From an uncultured Acidobacteriota bacterium (lineage in GTDB: Bacteria; Acidobacteriota; UBA6911; RPQK01; JAPXNP01): 64,000 nucleotides of DNA. The DNA lies in contig CAVZRV010000027.1 of NCBI GenBank assembly GCA_963777605.1, forward strand, positions 160,001-224,000, in the 5' to 3' direction. The notes beneath the pieces are model-generated. The model saw nothing but the letters and a program-made list of their open reading frames with translations. It was not told the DNA's origin and made no database searches. Both the position numbers and the translations under genes were made by a program. This document shows, one piece after another, positions 40,717 to 52,444 of the stretch (positions are counted from its first letter, which is position 1; each line of letters begins with the position of its first letter).

Positions 40717-42793
40717 TCAATCGCGAACGTAGAGCGAAACGATTTTCGAAGACGGGATCGAGTGCTCTTCCTGGCCCACCACTTCCCTGACGTGGGGAAA
40801 CAGGTCCGGAAAGAACGCCTTCAACTGGGAAACTAAGACGTGCCTGGAATTCACCACCTCGAGCATCGCGCGTTGCGGACTCAACCCCTTGACGTTCCCA
40901 TACATGCAGTAGATCCGAACATCCTCCGAGTCTTCGATGCGGGCCGGCGTATTCTCGTCTCCTCCACCAACTTCACCGCTGTTCCGGGTTCCCGCCTCCA
41001 CCTTGAAATAGTAGATGCGGACACCCTTGGCCTGTCGGATCAACGACTGGGGGTTCCGGGTCACTCGCTCCACGTTCAGCGAGTAAAACGAGATCGGGTT
41101 GCGGGAATTCTCGATCAGGAACTGCCGCCCCATGGCCACCATGGCGTAAAGCCTTCCCCCGGCGTTTCCCGAAAACTGGTATGGCGCCCGGGCGTGCATC
41201 GCGATTCCCTGCCCCGACCGCCAGTCGATCTCACCCCCTACCGAAATGAACCAGAGACCCGGGGAAGCCGAGGGGGCATCCGGCGTTGTGAGGCGAAAGG
41301 TCTCCGAACCGGCGTCTTCACCTTGGCGGCCACGGCCCCGCTTGACTCCGATCGAGGTCAGAAAGCCGGAGACGGAAAAGAGCTGGGTCTTCTTCCCGAG
41401 CGCAAGAGTACCGGTCAACCGGTAGTCCCCGGGAGGCACGAATACCTTGTCGTGAGACCGGATGGCTTTTTCGAATGCCCCTGAGTCGTCCGTCACGCCG
41501 TCACCCCTGGCGCCGAAATCCTTCACGTTGACCGCATTCACATCCTCGAACGAGGGCCTCTTCGACCAGTGCCTGGCCTGGATCTCCGAGTAATCGGGAG
41601 CGCGATCCACATACTTCCATCGCTCCAGATTATCGACTGCCGAGACAGTACCGTTGATCATGCTGAGGCCTTCATCCGTGTGCGAGGAAAACCGTTCGAC
41701 CAGAACCCAGCGGTCCGAAGGAGCGATCGGGCGGCTGTCGGTAACAACGCTCCCTGCTCCCTTTACGTAGGTGTTTTCGAGGAAGACATTCTCGCTCTTT
41801 CGGGTAGAGACGACCGCTCCGCCCCGCATCTGAACGACACAGTCTACCAGGCTGATCCCCGCGTAGCTGGGTTCGGTCGTGAGATCGACGGCTTTCCCCG
41901 AGTTGCTCTCGATCAGGCAACCCACGAGCAGGGTTGGGACCTGGTTCCCGCCATTCGTGTAACGGATCGCCGCCTTTTCCTGGTTCCTGAACCGGCAGCC
42001 GATCAGGATCGGGAATCGGCTCTTCGAGTCCGCGAAGAACCCGTAGTCGCCACCGATCACCTCGACGTTGAAGGTTCCCGCCGCCTGCCCCGGACAGTTG
42101 TAGAGCCCGGCGAAGGCTCCATCCGCATAGATCGTGGAATCCTGCAACGTGCAACCCTGGGATCCGGAATGCTTCAACCCGATGGCCCCGGCGTGGCCGC
42201 GAACATCGATATCGATCCCCATGAAGAAGTGGCCGAAGGAGATGTTCGGCTGCTCACCCGTGCCGTCTCCGAACCAGGTCCGTGCCCAGATCCAGACCGC
42301 GATCTTGGGATTCGAGGGGTCGTCGAAGCCCCTGGCGTCCCGGGACAGCTTCAGGACCGGGCGCTTCCCCCCTTTGGTTGAACCGAGGAGGATTATCTTC
42401 TGGTTCTTGTGCCAGTAGTTGGCAACCTGACCATCCACCTGCCGGGGAGTGTCCAGCTTGTAGTTCTCCTGCTCGCAGGAGATGGTGTCCGAGATCAGAT
42501 ACGTTCCCTCCGGGAAGTAGCAGACCAGTCCGTGATCCCGGGCGTCGTTGACCCCCCTGCGGATCGCTTCGGTGGAGTCTTTCGTGCCACTCGGATCCGC
42601 CAGGTAGGGGAGCTTTGTGACATCGAGGAAGCCGTTGGCAAGCAGTTCGTCTCCAATGTTGACTCCGGCAGGGTACTTACCCTCCTGGCCGTTCCTAGGG
42701 ACAGTCCCGCAAGCCGTTGAAAGGGTTGCAAGGGACAGTCCCCAGAAAGATCAACGAAACCCAGAGCGACACCAATAAACATTTTCGCGTCAT
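40717..42793 (-). CDS. Beta-helix (pectate_lyase_3 / GH55-like) lipoprotein; one frameshift in the signal-peptide region
   Basis: The frame extends upstream of the listed ORF (FLDVTK.PY.ADPSG..DST.AI..YFPEGTY), with a second repeat NVKDFGARGDGVTDD. AGGAGG RBS and ATG at 42793; the lipobox STAC is reached after a 1-nt shift near 42733. Confidence 0.75.
42695..42743. repeat. REP-like palindrome doublet (GGGACAGTCCC x2 around a short hairpin)
   Basis: CTAGGGACAGTCCC-GCAAGCC-gttgaaa-GGGTTGC-AAGGGACAGTCCCC read directly from the sequence. Confidence 0.65.
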
Positions 42794-43288
42794 CCCTCCT
42801 CCCTTCCCCGCATTCTAATCCGCTTTACGGATGATCCCCAGCCGAATCGTCGTGACACGTGTAAGCCCCGACTCTCGAGCTCCACAAGACCGGCTATTCT
42901 CTGGACGTTGCCGCCACTCTGACTTCCGGACCGACTTCGGGCTGCCTCGTGCTGCGCAGCGAACGAGATCGAATCGTTTCGAAAATCACGGACGTCAGCC
43001 CGCGGAATCCTGACCCGGCCCCGTGCGCGCAGCCAACGGAAGATTCAATTTTCGAACTCTTTCCCGGGATTGGTCAGGAAGTATCTCACTGGTCGATCCC
43101 TCCACAAACCGGACCCCCGGGTCAACCGACAGAACCGTCAGCTTTTCCTCCAACGGATAAAGCCCTTGACGCGTATATGACGTTTCCCTGTAAAATTACG
43201 TCAAAGCCCGTTACGGGACCATCCTTTACGTTTCCTATTCTTAAGATTCGCCGAACTCACGTTCGGCCGACGTTTCAGGAGGTAAATT

Positions 43289-44065
43289 ATGGCTACTTCA
43301 CTAGGACGTTTCGTCTGGTACGACCTGTTGACGAGCGATCCGGACTCCGCCCTCCAGTTCTATTCTTCAGTGGTCGGCTGGGGGACAGAAGCGTGGAAGG
43401 GCGACATGCCCTACACCATGATAACGGTGGGCGGTAAACCCCAGGGAGGAGTAATGGAACTGCCGCAGGAGGCGGTCGCGATGGGAGCTCCCCCACACTG
43501 GGAACCATATGTCTCGACCCTCGACGTCGACGCAGCAGCCAAGAAAGTGGAGAAACTCGGCGGTAAGGTCTACAAGGAACCGACGGACATTCCTGGAGCC
43601 GGGCGATTCTCGGTAGTCGCAGATCCGCACGGAGCAATCTTCTCTCTTTTCGCCTCGGCCGAGGGAGCGTATCCCCAGGAGTTCGCCCCGTCGATCGGGC
43701 AGTTTTCGTGGCACGAACTGGCTTGCTTGGACAACAAGGCGGCCTTCGCCTTCTACGAAGAGCTCTTTTCGTGGCAGGCCCTGCACGCCATGGACATGGG
43801 CGACGCCGGAACGTACCAGATCTTCGGACTCGACGGCCAAGCCATGGGCGGCATGTACACCAAGCCGGCTTCAATGCCGGCGCCACCCCACTGGCTGTGC
43901 TACGTTCGGGTTTCCGACATGAATCAGGCTGTCGAAAAGATCAAATCCCACGGAGGCAAGATCTTGAACGGCCCCATGGACGTCCCTGACGGCGACCAGA
44001 TCGCCCAGGCGATGGATCCCCAGGGAGCTGCCTTCGCAGTCCACCACCACAAGGTGAAGTCCTAA
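43289..44065 (+). CDS. VOC-family (glyoxalase-like) two-domain protein
   Basis: Duplicated FxWxxL...FY...W..YV.V.D...GG...DP.GA.F units. Confidence 0.9.
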   Translation: MATSLGRFVWYDLLTSDPDSALQFYSSVVGWGTEAWKGDMPYTMITVGGKPQGGVMELPQEAVAMGAPPHWEPYVSTLDVDAAAKKVEKLGGKVYKEPTDIPGAGRFSVVADPHGAIFSLFASAEGAYPQEFAPSIGQFSWHELACLDNKAAFAFYEELFSWQALHAMDMGDAGTYQIFGLDGQAMGGMYTKPASMPAPPHWLCYVRVSDMNQAVEKIKSHGGKILNGPMDVPDGDQIAQAMDPQGAAFAVHHHKVKS

Positions 44066-44072
44066 CCGCTGC

Positions 44073-44096
44073 GTGCGGGACCTGTGGGTCCCGCAC
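44073..44096. terminator. Perfect 10-bp hairpin between convergent genes (terminator or REP-like)
   Basis: GTGCGGGACC-TGTG-GGTCCCGCAC. Confidence 0.5.
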
Positions 44097-44191
44097 CCGC
44101 CTTCATCCGGGATTGACCAGCCTGCGCAACTGACACAGAGAGGGTCGCAATGCCGCATCATCCAGGATTTGAGACAAGGCCGAAAAAGGCC

Positions 44192-44743
44192 TTATCGACG
44201 CTCCCAGGAGAGGATCTCCCGGCGTCTCCGGATCAGGTCTTCTACCTCGAAAGCCATATTGGGATCGACCTCGTTCGCCATCGGCATGACGAATTCCTCA
44301 GTCTCCCGTATGTAGGATTCGATCTTGGCAGGAGGGAAAACACCAGGCTGAAGATCGGTCAGATTGCTGATCCGATCGGCGACTTTGAGGATCTTTGCGA
44401 GGCGGGACCCCTGGTCCCTGATGCGCTCCATAAAATCACACTTCGGTTCGTCCCGGCGCGTCACTTCGTAAACGAGTCGCACGACCGCGTCCCCATCATG
44501 ATCCAGTCTGCCGATCGCAGCCGGGTCGGCCTGGGGGAAGTCCTCGAACAGGTCGTGAATAACCGCCGACTTCAGGAGGACCGGGTCGATGTAGCCGTAA
44601 TCGATGAGAATCGCCATCGTACTCATGGAATGACGAAACTGGTTTCCACCGTTACGGCGCCTCAACCCGATCAGCGCAGTTGCCTTTTGGATGTATGGAG
44701 CCAGTGTGATTGCTTCGAGAGTCAGCCTGTCAGTATCTTCCAT
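44192..44743 (-). CDS. Stand-alone HD-domain protein of the RelA/SpoT hydrolase type
   Basis: R..G..F.H, HDLFED, V.EVT and KVADRISNL. Confidence 0.8.
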   Translation of the reverse strand: MEDTDRLTLEAITLAPYIQKATALIGLRRRNGGNQFRHSMSTMAILIDYGYIDPVLLKSAVIHDLFEDFPQADPAAIGRLDHDGDAVVRLVYEVTRRDEPKCDFMERIRDQGSRLAKILKVADRISNLTDLQPGVFPPAKIESYIRETEEFVMPMANEVDPNMAFEVEDLIRRRREILSWERR

Positions 44744-44914
44744 GGACGATTGCGTGGCAGTGTTCTTTCGGGACGGATTGAAAGAATGCTGCCCCCTTCC
44801 GGCCCCTGAGCCGGAAAGGGATCACTATAAGGCAAGAGCCGCACTGCCGCAAAGGATTGTTTTTGGCCCCGGTCGTCAGCATATGCGGCTTTGACCCTGA
44901 GAAACGATTGGTGA

Positions 44915-45379
44915 GCCTAGTGTCCTGTCTCAGGTCATAAATGCCCAGCTTCTTCTCAATCGAGGCCACCTGCCCGACGATCCGCTCGAAGCCGTCATCT
45001 CCGAAGAGGTCATGTTCCCGGCCTTCCGGAAACGAGGAAAGATGAAATCTTCCTCCAACTTTTCGTGGTAGTCCTCGATGAACGAACGGATGATTCCGGC
45101 CGAATCCCGGATCGCTGCCTGCGGGATTTCCTCGCTGCCGTCGAGCCGCCGAATCGCTTCCTGGTAGACCAGAAGGATCCGTTTCAAGACACCATGCTCG
45201 CGCATGAGATCCTCCGCCGGAGAGATCTCCTCTTCCGGCTCCTCGGCGGCCAACAACCTCCGATTCGCTGATTCTCCGAGCACCCATCCCATGGCGAGCA
45301 GCTTCGATCCAGCCGTAGCCGTTTGAAGGAAACGCCGCCGCATCGTCTTCCGGGTAATCAAAGTGATCTGGTCTGACAC
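44915..45379 (-). pseudogene. Hemerythrin-domain protein with internal deletion
   Basis: Tat-like RRRFL, EDLMREHG and YHEKLEE..FP, then a jump to another frame encoding the C-terminal EHDLFGDDGF..LGIYDL. Ends approximate. Confidence 0.7.
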
Positions 45380-45662
45380 GGAACCCCCTCTCAGACGAGT
45401 CGTTCACAGCCCACTGTCCCGCCGGGACGGGCCTATGCTGCCCATCATTACAACAGCGTATCTAGTCTTCTGGAATCGGCCCCGGCCCGGAAATGAACTC
45501 GGGAGATTCCCTGGAGGAGGTCGAATTCCTTTCGAAACCGGCTCAGCCGTCACTCAAGCTTCCCTCTCTTCTGACCAGACCGAAGGAGTCCGATTGTGGA
45601 GCTCTCTCACACCGAAGCATATTCCTATGGGAGAAATACACAACCGCCTTCAGCCCCATGAA

Positions 45663-46685
45663 CTACGGAGCAACCGGGGCGCACATGGCCCAGACCTGGA
45701 TCGTGGCGTTGATCGTGCCGCTGGAGTTTTCCGCGGGCACCTGGAATTCGGCGCTCCACCCCTGACTAAACAGTGGATAGGACTTAGCCAGGGTCAGTTC
45801 GTGAGAGAAAGAGTTGGAGAAGCCCGCCCCTCCTCCCAGAACACTCTTACCTGCCGGGCAGTTGACACTGAAGGACCGTATCGCAAACCGTGGCTCGTTG
45901 ACGAGTTCGTAGGTCTCGACCACCTGTTCATACCCGGAGATAGCTGAGGACACCGCCGCTTTCGGTCCAAAGGCAGCGACCGTGCTGACGTTCCCTGTGT
46001 GCACCTCCTGGACCAGCGAAACCAGCACCACCTCTCCCGAAGAGGTCGAAAGCGACACCGAACCGGCAAAGTCCGTCAGGTCAGATCCAAACAACGAATC
46101 CTCGTTCAGAAAGGCCGCCACCTGCTTCAGGGGACCGATAACAAGGTGAGCCGGATCTCCAACAGTGTGGCCCTCGGGGTCGAGCAGAACCGCCGTTACC
46201 TCGATCGAATCAGTCAGGTCGGGATTCGCGATCGCCAGGCCCGATCGATAGTCCGAGTTGATGAAGCCGCTGACTCTCGCATCTGCGACCTGCGCAGACG
46301 GCAAGACCCCGATTCTCGGCAACGGCTTGCCAACGAACAGGTCGACAAACTCGGTGGCAATGAAATCGGCATCCGCTGAGAGACGGACCCATCCCCGGGA
46401 CAGCGTTCCGTCTCCACTCCCGAACGTCACGGAACCGGTTCCCAGTGGTGCAACCGATAGGAACTCCACCTTCAGCAGTGAACCATCAAATGAATAGAAG
46501 TCGGCGCGGACTGCAACCTCTCCCACGGTTGCGGGGTTGTGGATCGAGAAGGTCGTCGTCGAACCGGCATCGATTACCGCCTGGGCAAAGTAGAGATCCT
46601 GGCTGCCGAATTCCGCCGCCACAGCATAGACCGACATCCCCGCAAGCAGGATTATCACCGGCAGGAGACGCCGCAAGAGCAGCAC
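45663..46685 (-). CDS. Secreted hypothetical protein (beta-rich, C-terminal CPAGK.VLGGG...C module)
   Basis: Signal peptide, LYFAQ, GWVRL and GLAIANP; start inferred. Confidence 0.6.
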   Translation of the reverse strand: MLLLRRLLPVIILLAGMSVYAVAAEFGSQDLYFAQAVIDAGSTTTFSIHNPATVGEVAVRADFYSFDGSLLKVEFLSVAPLGTGSVTFGSGDGTLSRGWVRLSADADFIATEFVDLFVGKPLPRIGVLPSAQVADARVSGFINSDYRSGLAIANPDLTDSIEVTAVLLDPEGHTVGDPAHLVIGPLKQVAAFLNEDSLFGSDLTDFAGSVSLSTSSGEVVLVSLVQEVHTGNVSTVAAFGPKAAVSSAISGYEQVVETYELVNEPRFAIRSFSVNCPAGKSVLGGGAGFSNSFSHELTLAKSYPLFSQGWSAEFQVPAENSSGTINATIQVWAMCAPVAP

Positions 46686-46690
46686 TTTGA

Positions 46691-46737
46691 CAAAGACGTC
46701 ACTTGTTCTGACAAGCAAGGGACAGTCACCTGTTCTG
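46691..46737. repeat. Degenerate tandem pair of REP-like units
   Basis: CAAAGAC-GTCACTTGTTCTG and CAAGGGACAGTCACCTGTTCTG. Confidence 0.55.
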
Positions 46738-47119
46738 GTCGGCTCGATTAGGGGCTGGGAACAGGCGAGGAGCCGGCAAGTTCTCGATGCATCGGTCATC
46801 AGGTTCTCCCTCCGACAGGCCAAGCCTGTCTTTTCGACCCACATTGAAACGGTAAGACATTGGAAAGGTTAATCTTGTACCTTCACGAAGGAAATATGAA
46901 GAATAAAAACCTGGCAGGGTCACCGGGACGTCAATTCCCCGGGTTGACGGGGAACGCGGTTAGCGTCGGCAGCCCATCGGGGAAAATCGCCCCCGGGCTA
47001 ACCTGACGAAGCACCATCGCCGCAACGGGCCGGGAACTGTGGACCACTACAACAGCCCGAGTTTCCTTGAGCCGATCGAGAAGCCCAGGGTCTGACTCCC
47101 CTGATTCGAGGGCGTACAA

Positions 47120-47397
47120 ATGGAATCGTCGTAGGGGGCGTCAACCGTCAGGTTCGCCCCCTTGCCGGTCCCAAGCACGTGATTGTAGTCCTGAGTGTGG
47201 ATGCTTCCGTAGATCCGGTCGGGATCGAACCCGACGTTCTCCATGATGTCAATCTCGCCACAGGCAGGCCAGCCGACCTGAGAGATGTTGGTCCCCAGCA
47301 TCCAGCTCGCCGGCCACATCCCCTTGCCAGTGGGCAGCTTGGCCCGGACTTCGATCCTCCCGTATGTCCAACTCTTCCGCCCCGTACGGGTCAGAAC
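47120..47397 (-). pseudogene. GH16 (laminarinase-like) internal fragment
   Basis: YGRIEVRAKLP, WPASWMLG and GEIDIME; no N- or C-terminal portions. Confidence 0.8.
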
Positions 47398-47399
47398 GC

Positions 47400-48309
47400 T
47401 CAAATTTTCAGATTCTTCAGATAGGCAACACTCTGACGGGTGAGCGCCCAGTTCTGCTCGACGAAATAGTTTTTGACCCCACCCACCGGGGCGGCTTTGA
47501 AGGTTTCCACCCAGTTGATACTGCCCTTGCCCACCGGAACCTGGGGATGCCTCATCCCACGATACTGCGGGGGAGTTCCCTTTGGGGGAGGAACCAGGCG
47601 CTTCATGTCGATGTCCTGGAGGTGCATCGAGAAGAAGCGGCCCGGGTATTTCCGAAAGTAATCGGCCCCGACCAGTCCCTCGGTGATGGTCGACATCTGG
47701 AACTGAAACTTGACCAGTTCAGGATCGAGCAGGTCGAAAAGCCGATCATAGGTCAGCTGGCCATCGATCTTCGAAAGTTCAAAGCCTTCGTTGTGAAGTC
47801 CCTGCTGCATGCCGTTCTTTGCCGCGACCTCGGCGATCCGGTTGTATTCTTCGGCCGCTTGCTTCACCTGGTCCAAGGTCGGATGACTGCCCCCGTTCCC
47901 CTGCCCCAGCGTCGCCGAGATCATCTGCGTAATGCCCACATCATGCGCCCACTCAATGCTCTTCTCCTGCTTGTGCCGAAGTTCATCCATCGTGAAGTGA
48001 GAGCTCTCCGACTGGAGGCCATGATCGGCCATGATCTGCTTCACTTCTTTGCCATTCGAGAGCGAAGCGAACTCTGGGACCGTATCCGATCGGTGAACAG
48101 AGCTCGAGTCGGGTTACTCCAATCTCGGAGATTTTCTTCACAAAACCGGGAAAGTCCGAAAGCATCGAGCGTATGGGCCAGACCTGGCTGCCGATCGGCA
48201 TGCCAAGTGGATTGGCGCGAAGTCCGGCCGAATCGGACAACAGTATTCCAACTGCGCCAGTGCCGATTGTTGCTCTCGTGATGAATCGTCGTCTCGAAAT
48301 CTTGCTCAT
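47400..48309 (-). CDS. Tat-exported sugar phosphate isomerase/epimerase (AP_endonuc_2 TIM barrel); frameshift near 48075
   Basis: SRRRF Tat motif and G.Q.W in one frame; HNEGFE, H.QD, VGKGSI.W and FVEQ in the next. Confidence 0.8.
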
Positions 48310-48597
48310 TCGTGTCTCCTTTAGAATCCGGTCAGCCCGCAAAGCCTGCGCCTGACCTTGCAGCAACAAGACCATCTTCCCCCTTCCCGAGTCGAAACTG
48401 AAGTCCCCACTGCGGGGAAATTCAATCGGACCTGCTCCACTCCTTGTCGCCTCAGAGTTCCGTGCCTAAGATGGAGTCCGCACCAAACCAACGGAGTTGC
48501 ACCATGAGAATCTGTGTCGGGAATCCGGCTGGGGCTGCTTTCGTGATGGCCATCGACAACCACTTCAACGGCGAGCGGAGAGGGCAGGCATGGGCGC

Positions 48598-48616
48598 CAA
48601 GGGACACTCACTTGTC
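48598..48616. repeat. REP-like palindrome
   Basis: CAAGGGACACTCACTTGTC. Confidence 0.55.
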
Positions 48617-48799
48617 AAATCACCTTTCCAGTCAGATTGAGATGTTCCGGAAACACCGCTTTGACGTTGTCTATCCTTGTCGAACGGAGCGCATACCTGG
48701 ATCAACGGGTGAGACTATTCGAAGAGTTCGCACCTCGACTCTTTGAGGAGCAGCGGGACTCGAAGGCTCGGAGGGCTGTACAATCTGGCCAATAGTGGC

Positions 48800-51405
48800 A
48801 TGAAGATTTCCAGTTTCCCTTACTGAACGCCTGCCGAAGTCGAGAACCGGTGCCACCCGGCATGCCTTCTCGTTTGCCATCCTGCTATATGGGTGTCTTC
48901 TCATACTGCTCTTCTCGGACGTGCTGTTTCTGAATCGCACTCTGGACCCTTATCCGTTTCGTCCCCGGTATCGACGGCACCACGCTCGCGAAAGGCGGGA
49001 AGGGACCGGTATTCTGCAACGACGCAGGAGCGGTAGTCTGGGCATACCAACCCTGGAACATCCTGGTTCACCGGTCCCTGTTCGAGGATGGACAGATCCC
49101 TCTCTGGAATCCCTACCAGGCCACCGGAACGCCACTGGCTGCGAACTTTCAGTCCGGAGTCTTCTCTCCCCTTCAGTGGCCTTTCTTCCTGTGGACATCT
49201 CGAGCCTGGTGGGATTTTCTCTTCGTGGCCCGCCTGTTGCTGGCGGGAGTATTCACGTTCCTCTTCCTCCGCCGGATTGAACTCCCCTTTGCCTCAGCGT
49301 GGCTGGGCGGCCTGGCCTACATGCTCAGTGGTTACCTGATTGACTACATCAACATGAACCACCTGGCGGTGCCGCTCCTCCTGCCCTCCGCCTTTTACTT
49401 CGCCGAGAGCTGGAGACGGCTCGGAAGTCGCCGGCATTTCCTGGGCACGGTTGCGTCGTTGGCACTGATCGTCCTCGCGGGAATGCCGGAGGCTTCTCTG
49501 CTTGCCTGGTTCATGGTGGGCGGTTTCATTGCGTTTGAGCTCTTTCAGGACAGGAGTCCGCTCCGGGACTGGCTGCTCTGGACAGCTGATTTTCGGACTG
49601 GCGCTCCTGGTCGCTGGCGTTCTCCTGGTTCCCGGCCTGGAGTACCTCTCACTGGCCCACAGCAAGCACTTCGTTCAGGAATGGGGAACCCGCTCTTTCG
49701 ATCTTCGGTCCGTCATCGGGCTCTGGATCCCGTACTTTTTTGGGCCCCCGGGCGGAGTCGGTTGGTCGCCGGTCTTCGACAAGGCTTTTGACGTCCCCTC
49801 CGGTATCGGAGTCCTGGTTCTCGCCCTTTCGATTGCAGGGGTCCTCGGTTCCAGTCTCCGTCTTCGGTGGTTTTTCGCGGGATGTGCAGGCCTGGGACTG
49901 CTGAAACTTTTCGGGTTTCCGATGCTGAACGCCGCCGGTTCGCTTCCCGTGCTGCGCTTCATCATCTTCACGAAGTACCTTCAGCCGAGCATCGCCTTTT
50001 CACTTGCGGTGCTGGCCGCCACAGGTTTTTCGACCCTGCGGCCAGAAACCGGTCCGGTCTCGTGATCACCGTAGCGGCGGGCATTGTCTGGGCCCTCACC
50101 CTCGGGTTCACCTCGTTGAACGCCGAGGCAATTCTCGCAGCGCAACCTCTTCTCCGGCTCGGGGTCGCCGCCTGTATCCTGTTCGCGTTGCTCATGTGCG
50201 CTTTCCTCGGCGGCTGCCGGATACCTGCTTTACCGGGGCCGCGGGAAGATGCCGGCCGTGATATTTGCACTCACGACCTTGGAACTCTTCGGCCTGGCTG
50301 TCCGCCTGCACCCCGACCGCCCCAAGCAGTGCCGTTGAAACAACTCGGACCGCCCGGACTGTCAAAGGCCTCGATCAAGCGTATCGGCTAACGGGAGGGC
50401 AGGTGCTGTTTCCGAATGCGGCCTCCCGTCTTGGCGTCCCGGACCTGCGAGTGTTGGACCCTCTGCTGCCGGAGAACCTGGGATCGGCGCTGGCGGAACT
50501 GGCCGGTCAGCCGATTCAGTCTCGCTTTTCAGGGGACGAGTTCACCGACTACGACCACCCCGCACTCGACTGGCTCGGAGTTCGTTATGTTCTGTCCCGC
50601 CGCGACATTCGCAACCTGTTGCTGCGCGGTCCGTCCCCATCGCAGGAACTGGCGGGAGACCTGTGAACTCAGTGATACTCGCAGAAGGACTCGATTCCCC
50701 TCGTTCGCGTGAGTCCTTCGACTCACTGCCAGTTTCGGATTCCGGAAGAATCACAGTTCCAGATCATCCTGAAAGCAAACGCCGGCGGAATCTTCCAGCT
50801 CAAGAGTGGCAACCGCCTCTTGCTCAGAAAGAGCTACCGTCCCGGGCTGAGTCGTCTCGGCCCATTTCACGATGACGAACTGCGCAAGGTGGGTTACCAC
50901 TCGCTGGTTCAGGTCGAGACGACCGGGACGGTCGAAGTGGCGGCGGTAGCCACTGACAGCGCAGGAAACCCGGGCCTGTTGCCCTCCGGGGATTCGACCA
51001 GCGGAATCCGAATCTTCGAACGGCCTTTCGCCCGCCCGATTGCGTGGGTTGCTGATCGGAAGCCGGCCCTGGACAAGTCCATCCGTGACTGGCCCCGTCT
51101 CGGTCGGGAGGCAGAAACATCGGCGGAAAGAGCGCATCTAGGGTCGTCCGTCGAACCGCCAATCGGCTGGAGTTGCAGGTCCCGGGGCAGGCCGGAGGGT
51201 ACCTGATCATTGCCCAGACTTTCTTTCCGGGCTGGACCTGCCGTGATCAACGGGAAACCGGCACGACTCGAACGACTCGGGAACCTGCTTACAGGTGTTC
51301 CCGTTCCAGCCGGAACCCTGAGAATAGTTCTCCGCTATTCGCCCCACTTCGGTTTGGATCGGGTTGCTTCATCACCCTGACCGGGCTTGATTCTGGCAGC
51401 GGATA
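48800..51405 (+). pseudogene. YfhO-family (GT-C-like) membrane protein, multiply frameshifted
   Basis: PLWNPYQATGTPLAANFQS near 49098, AYMLSG, LD.LGVRYV and YLIIAQTFFPGW spread over several frames. May be sequencing error rather than true decay; ends approximate. Confidence 0.65.
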
Positions 51406-51478
51406 GCGGCATGGAGCGTGACCCGTCCGGGCTCGGATGGTATTCTGGGTGAAATTCCCACTCACAGGAGCGGACCAA

Positions 51479-52367
51479 ATGACACGGAAAACGGCTTCTG
51501 ATTTTGACCCGGAACTGCTCAGACTCTACGACCGCTACGTCCACGGCGGGATCTCCCGCCGCGGGTTTCTGGAAGGGGCCAAGCGGTTCGTGGCCGGAGG
51601 CCTGACCGCGGCGGCGATCCTCGAAAGCCTCAACCCCGATTACGCGCTGGCCCAGCAGGTCCCAAAGGACGATCCGCGAATATCGGCCGAGTACGTCACC
51701 TACTCCTCTCCGGAAGGGTACGGAACCATCCGGGGACTGCTGGCTCGCCCCTCCGAGTCACCGGGGACACTCCCCGGTGTCCTGGTGGTTCACGAAAATC
51801 GCGGTCTCAATCCCTACATTGAGGACGTTGCCCGTCGCCTGGGAGCTGCCGGTTTCCTTGCCCTGGCTCCCGACGGACTCACTCCGGTCGGCGGCTACCC
51901 GGGGAACGACGACAAAGGAAGAGAACTCCAGGCCAGTCTCGACGGCGGGAAGATGCTGGAAGACTTCGTGGCGGCCGCCGGTTATCTGAAGAATCGTCCC
52001 GAGTGCACGGGTAAAATCGGAGTGGTCGGCTTCTGTTACGGCGGCTTTGTCGCCAACACCCTGGCGGTCCGACTGCCCGACCTGGCGGCCGCGGTTCCGT
52101 TTTACGGACGGCAGCCTGCGGCCGAAGATGTGAGCCCGGATCAAGGCCCGGCTGTTGATTCACTATGCCGAGAACGACGAACGGGTCAATTCCGGCTGGC
52201 CGGCCTACGAAACTGCGCTGAAGGCAAACCACGTGGACTACCAGGTGTTCATCTATCCCGGAACCGTCCACGGTTTTCACAACGACACCACGCCCCGTTA
52301 CAATCCCGAAGCCGCCGAACTCGCCTGGAAGCGCACCATCGACTTCTTCAATCAGACGCTTCGCTGA
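51479..52367 (+). CDS. Dienelactone hydrolase (YghX-like); frameshift near 52135
   Basis: [19 protein letters not shown] and GFCYGG, then [11 protein letters not shown] in the second frame. Confidence 0.88.
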
Positions 52368-52444
52368 CCGAGCCCGAACCGGAGGGGCTCGGTTCCGTCT
52401 TCCCTGTGCCTTTGCCGCCTGCTGCTCGAGACGGAGAAACCGCT

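Noticed and set aside
51759-51779. CACCGGGGA-CAC-TCCCCGGTG palindrome sharing the REP core
   Set aside because: Lies in dienelactone hydrolase coding sequence (PGTLPGV, next to a conserved motif) and lacks the C[A/T]AG foot; may be coincidental.
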